From contig CM119372.1 of NCBI GenBank assembly GCA_051294905.1, forward strand, positions 14,570,001 to 14,634,000: a stretch of 64,000 nucleotides of DNA. The letters are read 5' to 3'. The notes under the pieces are model-generated. The model was given only the letters and a program-made list of their open reading frames with translations. It did not search any database and was not told the DNA's origin. Within the stretch, counting starts at the first letter, position 1. Each line of letters starts with the position of its first letter. A program made the translations under genes and the position numbers. The DNA is from Botryllus schlosseri. Lineage: Eukaryota. Of the stretch, positions 44,218 through 57,990 are shown one piece after another.

Positions 44218-47200
44218 TCACTGCATCATCGCAACTGGCTTGATGTTGTTATTAGAAAAATGAGCGATCTCCCTTCCAAAATTGTCCACCCTTTGTCCCG
44301 TCGAAGACTTGTAGTCCGAGGCGTCCGGGGAGGGTTGTCCCGATTGGGTAGAGGACAACATGCGAATGACAGGCGGAAGACGTATCTGGCCGCCTGGCAA
44401 TTCATCTCTCGAGCCAGTGATATCCGACTTGTCCGGGTCGTGGATGTCCCCGTGGTCACTGGAACGTCCCAGGCGGGAATCGGAAGGCGCTTCCCAAAAC
44501 GATTCCTGTGCGAGAAATATACGGTTCACAGACGCGCTCCGTGAGGTTGCATGACAATGCGTTGCTTTCGTGCGGCGAAGCAAGTTTCAACGATAAGGAC
44601 CGTTGGGGATTGGGGCGAGATAGCGTAGTGGTAAAATCCACAGCTGCAACACCAATGGGCTGCGGGTTCGAATCATCATCCGCGTAAGCGGTGTCTTATA
44701 AAAGTCTAGAATTGGTCCGTGCTAAAATAATCGGCATATACGTAATAACAGTGAAGAAATTGACCTGGTTTAAATGACCATAGTAGTCGACAAACACCAT
44801 GAATGCCACAAACAACAATAACCGTTGTGGATGGACCATGGAATGTTATTTCTAGATTTGGACGCGAATCAAGATGTCCACACCACTTAAGCGATCAACT
44901 TTCACCTCCACTTAACAATTTTTGGGGCAATCGGCCAAGCCAGTTACTTTTTAAACCGTGGATATTATGAAGTAGAAATTAGTTTTTGTGCATGTTTGCA
45001 TGCATCACTTTTATGAGTGAAAATGTCACACGAACTATAAGTGAAATAGATCCTAGCACCACCTGAATATATTGAGTATAGCAACGTTGATAGCTTTGAC
45101 CACCTCTGGATATATTATTATGCAAATATGAAAATTCCCATGCTTATAGGCCTAGTTGACGGCAGTACTTACGTGTAGAACCGCAAGGTCAGCAAGACTC
45201 GCGTCTAAATCTTCCTCCCCTCCGTATCCAGGGTTGCACTCCGTAAATCCGCTCATCATACCGGCGCCGTTAGGCGAATTGGAAGCCGAGCTCATCGTCG
45301 AAAAATAAGGTGCCTTGTCTCCACCCGGTGTGAGAACAATCATGTCGGTAGTGGACGCGTGACGGTTCAATACCGAGTCACTGCTCGACACGCATCCGAA
45401 GTTCACAGACGGCGAGTTTGAAACACCTGAATTGTCGGTTCCATATTATAGACGAAGTCATTTTAGTAAGTTTCCAATTCTCTTACTCTGGCGGCTTGGA
45501 AGCTGGTGGTCGTAGTGACCGGCCGGTGCATTGGGCGCTTGCAACGCCGATTTTGCCAACGTGAGTGCGAAATTCTGTTGCGCTAATTCAGTCGAGAAGT
45601 GCAAACTGGAAATGAAGCAAATTACAAAATTATAGATTGGCTATGTTGTCAATACAAAAAGATTACCACGTAGGACCAAGTCGAGAACCGGTACCTGAGT
45701 GATTCGGTTACGAGTCGACTATCACAAATTATGATGTCACAACAGCATATATGATGTTATGATGCGCAAAGTTCAAATACGTAGTATATATGCCACCACG
45801 AAGAAATTAATAATAGAAGATCATTTGGTAATTTCGAACATAGCTATTTCATTGCACTTTGTGACAATGCTGTTGGTCGATCTCGATTTCACAGAAATAT
45901 ATATTTCCACTAACGTACGTAGCTTTGTATTACACGTTGTGGATGATGTGATGCGACCAATAGAGGTTTCAAGATTTCCAAGATGAGACAAATGTATCGA
46001 AACTATAATTCTCATTGGCGATGAAACCCTTACTGCTTGTAAAGGATCGTATAATTTCAGTACTCGAAGACATCGTGTGTTTCACTACTCGATTCGACTC
46101 ATTACAAGTAATACTAGACTGCCTTGTGCCGAGCTTTAACAGAATGCAACACACACGCACGCGGAACAATCCATCACTTCCATGAAAGATTACATGCGGA
46201 AGATGAGATATCATTTCCTTAACATCATTTCCCCTAACGTCCCAGTCCAACATCAGGAAAAGTTGCAAATTTACAAAATTCAAGTTTTCTTGCCGCGAAT
46301 GTTATGAATATATTCCTAAAATGAATCGCTGCATTGGATACAGGAATTCCACTATAGGCAGACATATATAACAGTTAAGATTGTAGTGAAATTGTTTACA
46401 AAGTAGATATTCGTAGCAGTACAAAATCATTGTCATAATTCAATTGACACAGAGAATAGCGATTTGGTGACAATATGATATGAGTTTGCGATGCCTGAAT
46501 TGCATCAACTTTTGGTGATTACGCTGTATATATCTACTTCATGAATCATGAAAAGGTGGAAAACAAACGGCATGCAAACTGCACCCTTGCATTTATCGCA
46601 CACCATGCTGCCCCAGAGGTGGTGACCTACATATCATAAACACTCAAAATATAATTTTGAATGAGTCCTATCCTGAATGGTTTACCAACATTTGTGCATG
46701 CGACTCAATAAAAAACGACAGTGGAGCCACACTTCAGCATGCGGCACTTAAACACGTGACTCCATAATATGGAGTCCATATGCATAAAATTGATACAAAC
46801 CCCGGAATTAACCCTTACTTAACCCAAAACCCAACCTCTACCCTAACTTAACCCTCTAAATCTAACAGTAACAAGTGTCCATGCTATTATATCGCATGTG
46901 TCCACGGACCACCTAATTATGAAATTCCAGAAAACGACATGATATAGAATTATTGATTATAAAATATAGATGCCACCGCAGCTGAACGCGTGGTTAGTCA
47001 GTCGGTTGCAGCGATGTTAGCCAGCTTTTGACAACGCGATTGTACCAAATATCAAATCTAACAGCGCTCTTTTCAGGCAAAAATAAGAAAGAAACCGCGT
47101 ACGGTGGACATTTTTCTCGTCGACCCTCGACCTATCCCTCAGTTCGCGTCATTCGTCGAAATACGACTGTCACATCTTTCTGGATTATCAACTCACTCTT

Positions 47201-50200
47201 GGCGTCGATGGCTTCCGTTTTGGTGCGGGTCCAGCGACATGGAAGCTCCCGAACCGATGCGGGACGGCGAAGTGTGCGGAGACATCTTCATGAGACTGGA
47301 AGGGTGAGGATGAGACGGGTGTTGGTGATGGCCGTGAAGCGACGGAGCGGTGAGTCCGTGCGAGGACAAGCTGAGCATTCTCCTTCTGGCGGCTTCTTCG
47401 TCGGCCCGTCGCATTTCTTCGAGCTCTCTGTCTAGCTCCTCTGATAATGTTTACTTTCGATTAACGATTAGGGCTGCACCGTAAACGAAAATACTGTATT
47501 GTGTTTGGTCAATTTACACCCCAGCGTCGGGTGCAAATCAGGTAGCCACTTTCTTGTGCGTTATTTCTTTCACACCCATTGCAATTGACGAAAACGAGTC
47601 AAATACACTTATTCATAAGGAGATATATCACAGCGATTTATATAGTATGGGTTCTGTTTTCGTGTACTACCATAAGAAGACGCGAAAAGGTGGTGCGCGT
47701 AAACAGAACCCACTACACCCCTGCAATAAATCTCTATAAAGATTGGTGTCTTTGACTGTTTTCACCCATTGCATCCGGTGTGAAAGCCGAATATGGTACC
47801 AGAGATCTCATTTAAACCCTTTGCTATGGTGGTAAATACGCCTATTTTGCACCCATACATTTACAGTGAGCTCTTAGCGATAAGAGTGTGTATTCACACC
47901 CAAAGGGCCGAAAAGGGTGGCTCACGAAAACAGAAGCCAACTCAGAATTATATCGCGGTCATAAATCCTACGTGCATGCATAATTTGGATTAAAATGTTG
48001 TACTCGATTTATACCACGGTATATAAGTCTGAGGTAGGTCCTGGTTTCGTGTGGCATGGGTGTATATTCACACCCGTATATCAGGGGTGATACACGGGTG
48101 GAAATACTCAATCTTTTCACTCAGGAACCTCAAAGTAAGCATTAAACTCGGAAGATGGACAATGGACATGTATGACATTTCAGAATGTATTATACCAAAC
48201 TTTCCTGCTTTCAAGTGTGCAAGTAACTGATTAGACCAGTGGTTCCCAACGTGGGCGATATCGCCCCCCAGGGGGCGATTTGGCGGCCTAGGGGGGGGGG
48301 GCGAAAGTGACGAAGGGGGCGATATGGGGGCGAAAATGGACAAAGGGGGCGACAGGGGGCGAAAATAGCGAAGGGGGCGATAGGGGGGCGATGACGCGTT
48401 AAAACGGCTATATTGGAGTCAAGTCGGAGAAATGACATTTTTTTTTAGTCAATTCACGGAAATTTCGTTGCAAAAGTGTAAAATTCGACAATGAGCTGAA
48501 AAGTTGAACTTTTTTTTTTTTAGTCAACCCGCCGATGATTACAGTTTGTATACCGATTTTTCGGTTCACAAAATCTGTGGGGCGATGATCGGCGTCGAGC
48601 TTGAAAAGGTGGCGATGAGTCAAGGTTGGGAACCACTGGATTAGACAAACGGGTCTCACCTGGGTTAGACATGCTCCTTCGTATGGATTCTGGGTCTTTC
48701 CTTTTCCACTTCTGAACTTCTTCCTTCATTTTTGCAATCTTGGCCGGGTTTAATGCCCACAGACAACCTTTCCTCTGTGATCCATTCGGTTTCTCGACCT
48801 TTAAATACCGTTTTTGGCCGTTGTATTAGGATACAATAATTTCCAGGCCTAACCATAAGAGGCCACAAAAGAGATCGCACAGAGCAGCGGATGTATGTCA
48901 CAATTAGAGGATCTTCTTTCAATTATGATTTACAAGGTTTGGGACGCAAAATCTTCTACATACATCGGTCGCACGTTTTTGACGTTCATTGAAACTGATC
49001 CAGCATTTCGTACTCATCAAATTAACGCAGCCAGTATTGACTCGAGCGAAGTTGTAATCTACTTTGTTGTTGAGTGCTAAGTAATTCTTGGCATCGGTCA
49101 TTTGAATCAGCTCGAATTTGCGGCAGAACATCAAGGGCAAATGTAAATTATCAAAAACCCAATCACCATATGGCATCTCTCTTCAAACATGATCGGAATC
49201 TTGACACGTCACCCACCTTTTCAAAACATTTATTGAGAGACAGGTTGTGTCGCACTGAGTTTTTCCATCCGTCGGGTGCAGTTTTAAAGTATGGATAATT
49301 TTCCATCATGAAACTATAAATTTCCGATACCGGCAAACATCCAGTTTTGCTATTGTACAAAGCCATTGCGATAAGGCAGCTGTAAAATAAAAGAGCATGG
49401 AATATGTGTCTGTCGTGATCCTGCTATATTATAATGCAGCGGGGTGCAAAGCAAGACAGTCAACTACAAATAACGCGGTGAGGTAGGTTATTGAATAACT
49501 CTGGTCAACAATGTCCATGTGGAAAGTCAGCATATGCATTTCATAGTGTTTTTGAACCCTTTGGTTTGTCCACTTGACTTCAGCTTAATCACACCAGGTT
49601 AAGTTTAATTGTAAACTCCATTCGCGGGCCTTACTCGATTCGAAATTCGAACTTCTTCGCGGACCGCAAAATTTTGTGCACCCCTGTTATAAGTCATGGC
49701 GGAGAAGAGAGATGAGGTAAAAATTACTAATCAACTCCTTGCGGTATTGCAGTATTTTACACGCGGATAAATGCAACCGTCTTTACAACTTTAAAGAATC
49801 TCACCTATAGGAGTATACAGGCTTTGGATACACTTTAGGCTGTTGGCCTTGATGATGATACCTCGGGTGCATGAATGGTCCCCCACGTGCATAGCCAGTT
49901 CTATTGACATTGTATGGTGGTGGTGGGTACGGATGATGGTGACGCAATGGCATATACCTTCTTGACCCATGGGCCGAGTTCTCATACGAATTTCGACCCA
50001 TCGCGCCACACCCATGGTGCGGTTGAATTTGATATCTTTGATGGTTCATCGCTGTAATAAACAATATGTTGCCGTACTACCATTCCACATTTTCGTGTGT
50101 AATCCAGTATAGTTACTTACAATAACACCTTTCATCGGGTACTGTGGGCTGCTGCACCGGCATAAACTGCGTTGAAGTTGTTGGCTGATGTGAATTATGC

Positions 50201-53200
50201 AATTGCTCCAAATGCTGATTATTATTGGAATTGCCAGCCACTTGCATTGGCGATATTCTCTGTATTACTGATCTCTGTGCGGACATATTGTCTGAGAAAT
50301 GAAATATTCATATATTGATCAATGAATATCAAATGTATGTTGGGATTGGGATCAAAAGTATACGGAAATGATGTATAACATTGACATCATAGTTAAAGCA
50401 CCTCAACTCACATTTGGGAAGACCTACCATGAATGTTCCGTACAAACAACAATGAATTGATTGCTTCAATAATTTAAAAATACGTGAAATGTGCAGCTTA
50501 CCTTCTGATGACGATGCTGGGTCGTGCTGATTCATTTGCTCTGACTGTCCGATTGCTGTAGTTATCACTGTGCCCTGTTCTGTCAACTTCTGTAAAGCCT
50601 TCAGGATAATAATAAGAACGCGTTATGTCTTATCGCCATATTTACTGAAAAGGAAGTATTGCAAACTCACATGTACGTCGACAGTGGTTAACCAGGTCAA
50701 ACTTTGCAGATCATTATGCTCGCCGATTGTAACTGGGTAGTGTCCCATCTCTCTACCAAAGTCCGCATAGCTCCCGACAGAGAAGTGACCGCTAAAAGTG
50801 AAGTACCGTAGTATGTGAGCACTCACATTTAGCATATGACATTGTGAAAAATAGTCAATGTGTTCATTCAGTCACTCGTACACACTTTACTAAATACAAC
50901 AGCACACAAGTACGGTGAGTCACGCCTGGGATAAATCACACTTGTAAATACGAATGTTACTATTGATATTTGTCGAACGAAGTAATTGAATATAAATATT
51001 TACGTTATTTCTTGGTGACCCAGCGACATTGGGTGGTGATGGCTCGCATCTGGTAGTATCGATGGGGAATCAATAATGTTTAATCCAGACTGTACTAGAT
51101 GCTAAAAAGAGAATTTCAAATTAATTTGTGCTTTTTACCTGTAAATAAAATACAGGCAATAACTATTATATCGATACTAAGCATTGCATATATTCTACAT
51201 AAATCACAATATCACCAAATATTTTACAATTTATGCTGACATAACAACAAACAAAATGTCTAATATCTAGCGATAGTATAGGAGCTACATTATTATTGTT
51301 GATGCAACACCAAAACATTTAAAATCGAAACTAAGTAAACATGTAATGTCACAAGCATCATAAACTACAATTCCTTTCAAAGAGATCTGCGTTGGAAATA
51401 ACATTCAGTAACAATAGGCTGAAACTTGAGATAAAATCATATCAATGCTAAATATTGTAGTCGAGAGTTATTCTGCATAACCATAAGCCCTGTGCTAAGC
51501 CTCGTCGAAGTTAAGATAACATTAGATTCATCAACAACGATGCTGTACCTGCTCATCTTCTGAGTGGTAGGCTTCTTCCTTGACGACCATAGTTGATTGA
51601 GAATAAATATTTCTGGAAAGAAAGTCAATACGTTAACTGGTAACATTGCTAGCTTGCTATCTATACAGCATCCAATGAGGATTGAGCAGTCTAAGCATAG
51701 CCATAGCTGGTGATAGCTGTCACTCGCGCTTGATCAATGTTTTATTGTTTATACCGAAGTCGATATCCAACAAAAAGTAATGCCACACAGGAAGCACAAA
51801 TGGAACCAATTATGATAAAATCCCACTTCGCGAACTGGAAGAAATCAAGAATGTTGCAACCGAAATTAGCGGCGGTAACACACTACTGACTGCTAAAGAC
51901 TGAGGCGTAGATTATGGTAGAAGAAGATATATGGCAGCAGAGGAATTCGAACTTCAAAGCACGCGTTAGTGGGATGTCCTGCTAAAGCCATCACAGGAAA
52001 CCGATATAAAATGAAACTGGTCAATGTCGCAAGCACTTTATCTCGGCTGATCCTACTATTACAAATGCATTTATTTTCTGATGGGGCAAAGGCGGTCTTC
52101 AAGACCGTGGAATTGTTGTTGTTTGTGGTATTCATGGAGTTTGTCGAATACTATGGTCATTTACACCAGGCCGATATTCCTTATTTTTAATTCCTTGTAG
52201 CACGGTCCACTTCTAGTCCGCTGAATTTTTCGAGCAACCGTGGACTATAGGATTTTGAGCAACATAGTTTATTTTATTCACTGTACCGCCGCAGAACTGC
52301 GACTGGATTATATAGGCGATTCCATAGTTCCGACCTTGTCGTAAAGAAGAAACCAGTTATATATTAGCCTATATGATAGTGTACGTGAATAGGCAAACAG
52401 GCAGTTTTATTATTAAAGTATACCTAATCAAAATGTAACTGCATTATGCCATATGACCCTAGGGAATTCTCACGGGTATTCCAGTCAGCTGCACTGCTGG
52501 AGATAATGGAACGCAAAAGCAATAATTTTAGCCATGTTGGAAACAGCAGTTACACGTCGCTTCGAAATGCGATAGTATTATTAGCTCTGGTGTTTGGGTC
52601 GCAAAGAGATCTAGAAAGAAGTTGGCATTAAAAGAATAAATAATGAATTAGCGAATAACTATAGAACTAAACGTTGGCCGAGTGGTTCCTAATCTTTTCC
52701 CCTTGAATAAACTTAATTTACTTTACGCCCCTACAATTTAAATGACGAATTAAAGCAAATTCCCACCATGAGGATATAGAGATATCACATAACACTTAAT
52801 AGGTGAGGTAGTCGGCATTGCTTCTTTGTGACCACATGAAGGATGTGCGGTTCAATGCCAACGAATGAACAGCCTTACTTAGTCTCAACATAAACAATAA
52901 ACATGTACAGGAGAGTGAACTTCGTAAAGAAATGGGAATACGAAGGTGAAAATGTAGATGATTACTAGTATCAATATAATGAAAGTGGTCATTAAAAAAT
53001 ACGTCATGTAGATTTTGTAATAATCTTTCAAAAGCTTCTCGCGTTTCATCTATACAGGGCGAAAAAATCAAGATAGCAACCTCATAATTTTACGTCGGGC
53101 GCTGAGAATCATATCCTGACTGTCTCCCTTGTTAGGAACCACCGCTTCAAATGAAATTAGAACAATTTATGCCATATACAAGGAGCTTGGATTGTGTGGT

Positions 53201-53649
53201 TGTCCAGTCCATGGTTGTACGCATATTTTCCCTCGAGGAATGAATGTCTTTGTCAAGCGCGTAACAGCTCAATGTTGCAAAATATCGATCTATACCACAT
53301 TCTCAATTTATGCAGAGCATACGAATGCGGTTCTAGGTTGATAGAGTTCTATGATCGGACAACACATTATAGCAGGTATAGCTATAGCTACAATTTAACA
53401 TTTACACTACATATAACCAATAGCCATTCACCGAAGATGGATGGAAGTAAATAGCAATCAAGCAGAAGTAAAATAGCCATACCTGTCATTGCCTGATTCC
53501 AACGGAGTTTGTTTTGAGTTGGTGTCGTCGTGTGACTTATTCGCTGCTATTTCCAGATCTACCACTTCCGACTGACCAAGTATTTTGCTGATCTCGGTTC
53601 GCAGGTCGTTTTGGATGAGTTCTTCGAGGTCTGGTTCTTTGTAGTCCAT
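44218..53649 (-). CDS. FoxN1/4: Forkhead box N1/4 transcription factor, 13 coding exons, about 723 aa
   Basis: Exons: 53483-53649, 51549-51612, 51004-51101, 50671-50791, 50502-50598, 50121-50291, 49805-50051, 49217-49379, 48660-48798, 47197-47440, 45487-45605, 45173-45426, 44218-44505 (2172 nt, phase-consistent). Forkhead domain [81 protein letters not shown]; N1/4 hallmarks [30 protein letters not shown] and C-terminal KPVAMMQ. The first three exons are less certain than the rest. Confidence 0.93.
44612..44700 (+). mobile_element. tRNA-derived SINE head in the last FoxN intron (3' extent undetermined)
   Basis: Pol III A box TAGCGTAGTGGT (44621-44632) and B box GGTTCGAATC (44665-44674) at tRNA-like spacing, but no acceptor or T stem pairing. 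Confidence 0.6.
46800..46870. repeat. Degenerate telomere-like (TAACCC) patch, probably within an interspersed repeat
   Basis: ATTAACCCTTACTTAACCCAAAACCCAACCTCTACCCTAACTTAACCCTCTAAATCTAAC. Confidence 0.5.
47560..48105 (+). repeat. Family G repeat, two diverged tandem units, ending in a hairpin
   Basis: Similar to 29575-29830; terminal stem-loop CACCCGTATATCA-GGGG-TGATACACGGGTG near 48070-48100. Confidence 0.65.
48237..48638. mobile_element. hAT MITE (family D-like termini) with GGGGGCGA subterminal repeats
   Basis: TIR CAGTGGTTCCCAAC...GTTGGGAACCACTG; perfect TSD GATTAGAC (48229-48236 and 48639-48646). Confidence 0.92.
49437..49686. mobile_element. Old hAT-type MITE between forkhead-domain exons
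   Basis: Ends CAGCGGGGTGCAAA / TTTGTGCACCCCTG; flanks TTATAATG / TTATAAGT (6/8). Confidence 0.55.
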
Positions 53650-56600
53650 TCTGGTTCTGCGTGGTTATGACGTAGGAATATATACTCTATCCGTTGCAAA
53701 ATTTGGGCCATTCAATCCTAGATTAGTAATCACCGGCCTAATTCATAAGTTACTGACTGTAAATGACATTATATTTCCCGTGATTTGGGTGTCAGTAATT
53801 TCACAATCTCAGATGCAACATGCCATATCCGTGTTTGCACCGACATATGAACAACCTTGTGTATCTCAAGCCTTCAAAATACTGGTACGGAAAATATTGA
53901 TTCAAACTCTAAAGCCAACCGTTATCAACAACTGCAGATCGTACATCTAATTTGAGTACCAGGCAGTAAAATCATATCTTTCGACGCCGTTTTGATACTG
54001 TTTTCAGCAACTTTCGCTAAGCAATCGTCGTTTCCAGAGACATCAGCCTTCTGCTAGTTCCGGGATGTTTTGAATGGTAACTGTGAGTATATGGGGCTTT
54101 TTTCTTTTATGAATTCGGTTTCTCGTTACATATTCAGGTCGTACGTTAACTTTAATAGGTTTTAGGCAAGACTCGACATGTGCGCCGAGAGTGTACTGAA
54201 TGATAGATAAACCAACCGAGATAGAAGGCCAGTCTTTTAAATTCGAACAGCTCAATTTGAAATTTCCGGGTGTCGAACACGTGATACGTACATGGTACCC
54301 GATTGGCTCAAATCGTACGTTCCTGTATTCTTATCGTCAGTTAAGTACACTTGATAGTAAACAAAGGAACCGAGAGAGGGCAAGGAGAGACCTAAATGAG
54401 ATCGCGAAAAAGTTACGAGGTCCAAAATCGCCAAGTGATATCTCGATTTATGAGTGACTTGTGAGTGTGCTAATCTGCTGCTTTACAGCTGGGTGAAATT
54501 GTATCCACCTGTTCAGAATGGCCATTGATGAGAAACACTTGTGTCGGCAAAGATTCAAAATCAGGCAATAATAGTTTCGAGTTTTCATAAACAAAACGCC
54601 GGGCACGGCGCAAATACATCTGACTGCGAACTCGCACATATGTGGTATCAAATATATGAACAATTTTGTTGCGCGCCAGGTATAATAACAGATGACACTT
54701 CTCTACCGCTTCACATAGGCCTACTGGCACATGAACCAGTCGAAAACGAATATCATGACTGCATAACGAAACTAACTAAATAGCGATAATCGAAGGAATG
54801 ATTGTAAAATCACCGATATATTTGTTAACATTCAACGGTAACTTAATGGATCAAAGGCGATAAGATTTTCCCATGCGTAAATCCAGCTCATTATAGTAAC
54901 ATAAGACATTCAGGCTAATTCCGCAATTTTACTACTGAACCCCTTGACGTGCCCGTTCTAAAGATAACTTCGGAATTGTACGCATAAGGAAGTGGAAACG
55001 GAAATGGAAGGAAGCAACTGAGTTGCTTGACCAATAATTTGATAACTATATGGAAATCGAGTTTGCATTGCGAGTAGAATCGAAATTTCAAAATCACAGG
55101 ATTGAAATTGCCATCCTTAAACAGATATGACCCGCTTTTCAACCATACATGTCAAATCGTGATACATATCGACTACTGATTAGAACATTTTTATATTCAA
55201 CCAGTGTCTAGTGGCGCGTATCGTAAACGGCTACCCGAAACTAGACTACGTCGCCCAATATTTTTATAGTGCTTTACCTTGCTTACCCAGATACCCACGG
55301 ATTGTAGTATAGTGAGGTGACTAAGCTTCGGATGATCGGAATAAGTGCTTGAATTATAGACTTTACTGAATTATTTCATTTAAGGTTTGGTCTGAAGTTC
55401 CAGTTTCCCGATATTCGGAAATGGATGAATGGGCGACATTGCGGCTAATAATCAAAACTTTCTAACGATTGTGTAAAAAAGATTACCGTTTAAACACTCC
55501 TATCATAGATAGAAATTTACATTCGATATGTTCAAATGATAGTGAAACGAATACGCAGCAGAAGTATACAAACCCCTCAAAAAGCAAAGCAGATATTTAG
55601 ATTTCGCTGTATCGAAAGTTACTCAAGCGGATAGAAGCTGGCAGTGTTTGCGTACGCTCAGTTCTCTTTTTAGCGCAGCGTCGAGAATATGGTACGTATC
55701 TGTCTTGCTTCCAAGTTTACAGAAGTGAATCTACAATAGTTGATTCTCATTTGCCTAAATGCTACTATTGGAATATACGAAAACCCATTCATGCTATTTA
55801 AAGATTGTTACAAAATAGGTAATTCTCGATTCCTTTAGATTTAATTGATCATTTTTTTGCAGTCTGCCAACAAGTCATTTCGCATCAAGCGCCACTTGGC
55901 CAGGAAGCAAAATATAAACAGACCTATTCCTCAGTGGGTTCGAATGAAGACCGGAAACCGAATAAGGTAAATAATGAACAGAATATTTGTTGCTAAAAAC
56001 TTACAAAAGTTCAAATATGAATTGAATAATTCTGCGTCTGTAATAACTGATGCAATGCGGTCTGTAGGTTTTGCAATCGCTGTAACAGTCATTTCACCGC
56101 CCTGCCATTTAGTAGTTCTAACTTCTACATATATTAAGAAGCCACTATTGACTGTGATGATTCATTATTAGCAGTAATAGGATGGACTGATTGATATCGC
56201 CGGCAACAGCATGACAATACGTGATCATGCTTATTTATGGATTGATCGAATTCCAGTTTATACTGACAACTTGAAGTAGTAGGTCTGGAATCATGACCGC
56301 CGAGGATAATCGGAATTATTGTAAGGTCTGGTTACGCTGGTATACACATTATTGTACGTGTAAAGTTGATATTTATAAGCAATGGTGGTTACCCGGAGTG
56401 GAATTGGTGGCAATGGCACGCAGGATTTTTTGTTTAATTGCTTGATTATTCTATACAGAGAAGCTCTCATCACGCAGGATTTATTTAAAAAAATGGACCG
56501 AGATTCCATATAGGGTGGTTACGGGTGCCATGCCAGTAAACTTTACCATTCACATGCTGAAACGATACTATACTAGCAGGAGCAGGAACCTACTGTTTGT

Positions 56601-57690
56601 CGAGGGCAGTCCTCGTGATTAACCCATCATCGACCATGGTTCCTTTGAAACATCCCTGATTGTGCGCAATATGAGCTAAAGCGAACTACTACTTAGGTTA
56701 ACAGTGCGTAACTACGAAATGCCTCAGTTTCGCATTGGCAGTAGGCATTAGTGTTGAATAATATATTTGTATCAAAATGAGGCAGAATGTTTTTGGATGA
56801 CAATTGTCAAGGAAGAGAGTCTTTGAGGTACAGAACTTTAATATACATTTTAATATTATATTTGCAGAATTTATTAAAACCCAAAGCTTTTCGAGCTGAC
56901 ACTCTTCAAGGGCAATCGTCAGCAAATGGAGAATTTCAAAAACATGCATCTAGCTACATTGCATTAGTCAAGGACTAATGGCCATCAACTAGTGGAGAAA
57001 AACTGTTGTGTACCATCGGCGTTTCTATACCACTGTTGATATACAAACTTCTTTTGAATTCTCTACGAGTTACTGCCGATTACCCCCGATGAATGTCTGC
57101 GGAAAATATTCTGGCTTATTTCAATATGAATATAATATTGAATTATATATATAAGTAATGAACTCCAAGAGTTTCTTCAAATGTAATAGTGATCGACTGA
57201 TCGTCAATGACACATTCACAGCACATGTAGTACTTCAAGCTATACCGACTCGGACCCGTTGTTACGAGTGAGTGGCATGCCGATTGACATTGTTGCCAAT
57301 CTTGATGCCATAAGCAGATGACATTTAGTATAATCTTTACGGTTCTATAATATTTCTTACCTTGCTTTCTCTAAAAACATCTATGGAGTCTACTACATTC
57401 TCCAGCATTTATTGAAAAAACACAATTCCGAAAATGCATGAAGAAGTACAGATTGCTCATGGTTCACTATTTTCAGGTACAATGCAAAGAGGCGTCACTG
57501 GAGACGAACAAAACTAGGGCTTTAGATCCTGTCTCCTATGCTGCACCACCTTCTCTGCAACAACATTGCTCCAATTGCTTGATCGCGGAGTCCTGAATTT
57601 TTCACAACCAGATCGGAATCACAATAGAACAATCGTCGGTTTGTTCAGGCCATTTGGACGATCCTGGGTCAATTTACCATTCTAACTTAC

Positions 57691-57990
57691 CTCTGGTTAG
57701 GCAGGCTCGGGCATTGTGCCGAGAATTCCGTGGGATATGATTACTAGTTGATGAAAGGACACTGGTTGTTTTTGTCTTTGCGGTACTTGAGATTATTCCG
57801 GCGCCTATTGTGTATATTATTTTCCGGTTTTGTTCTACTACTTCGTGGTTGGATTATTACGACAATGTGTTGCGTTTTTGGTAGGTGCGGCATTCGCTAG
57901 CGAAATAAAGACAATTGTTCAACCGTCGTTCTGAACTGCCTTCGTTTTCCAGAGGGGTCATATTCCCGGTATCAAAGGATTCTTTTCATT
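57691..57990 (-). other. Candidate non-coding first exon of FoxN1/4
   Basis: Consensus donor CAGAG|GTAAGT at 57691/57690; matching acceptor cacgcag at 53657-53659, 7 nt before the ATG. The 5' limit is unknown. Confidence 0.45.

Noticed and set aside
44612-44685. Functional tRNA gene
   Set aside because: A and B boxes are present, but acceptor, anticodon and T stems cannot be paired.
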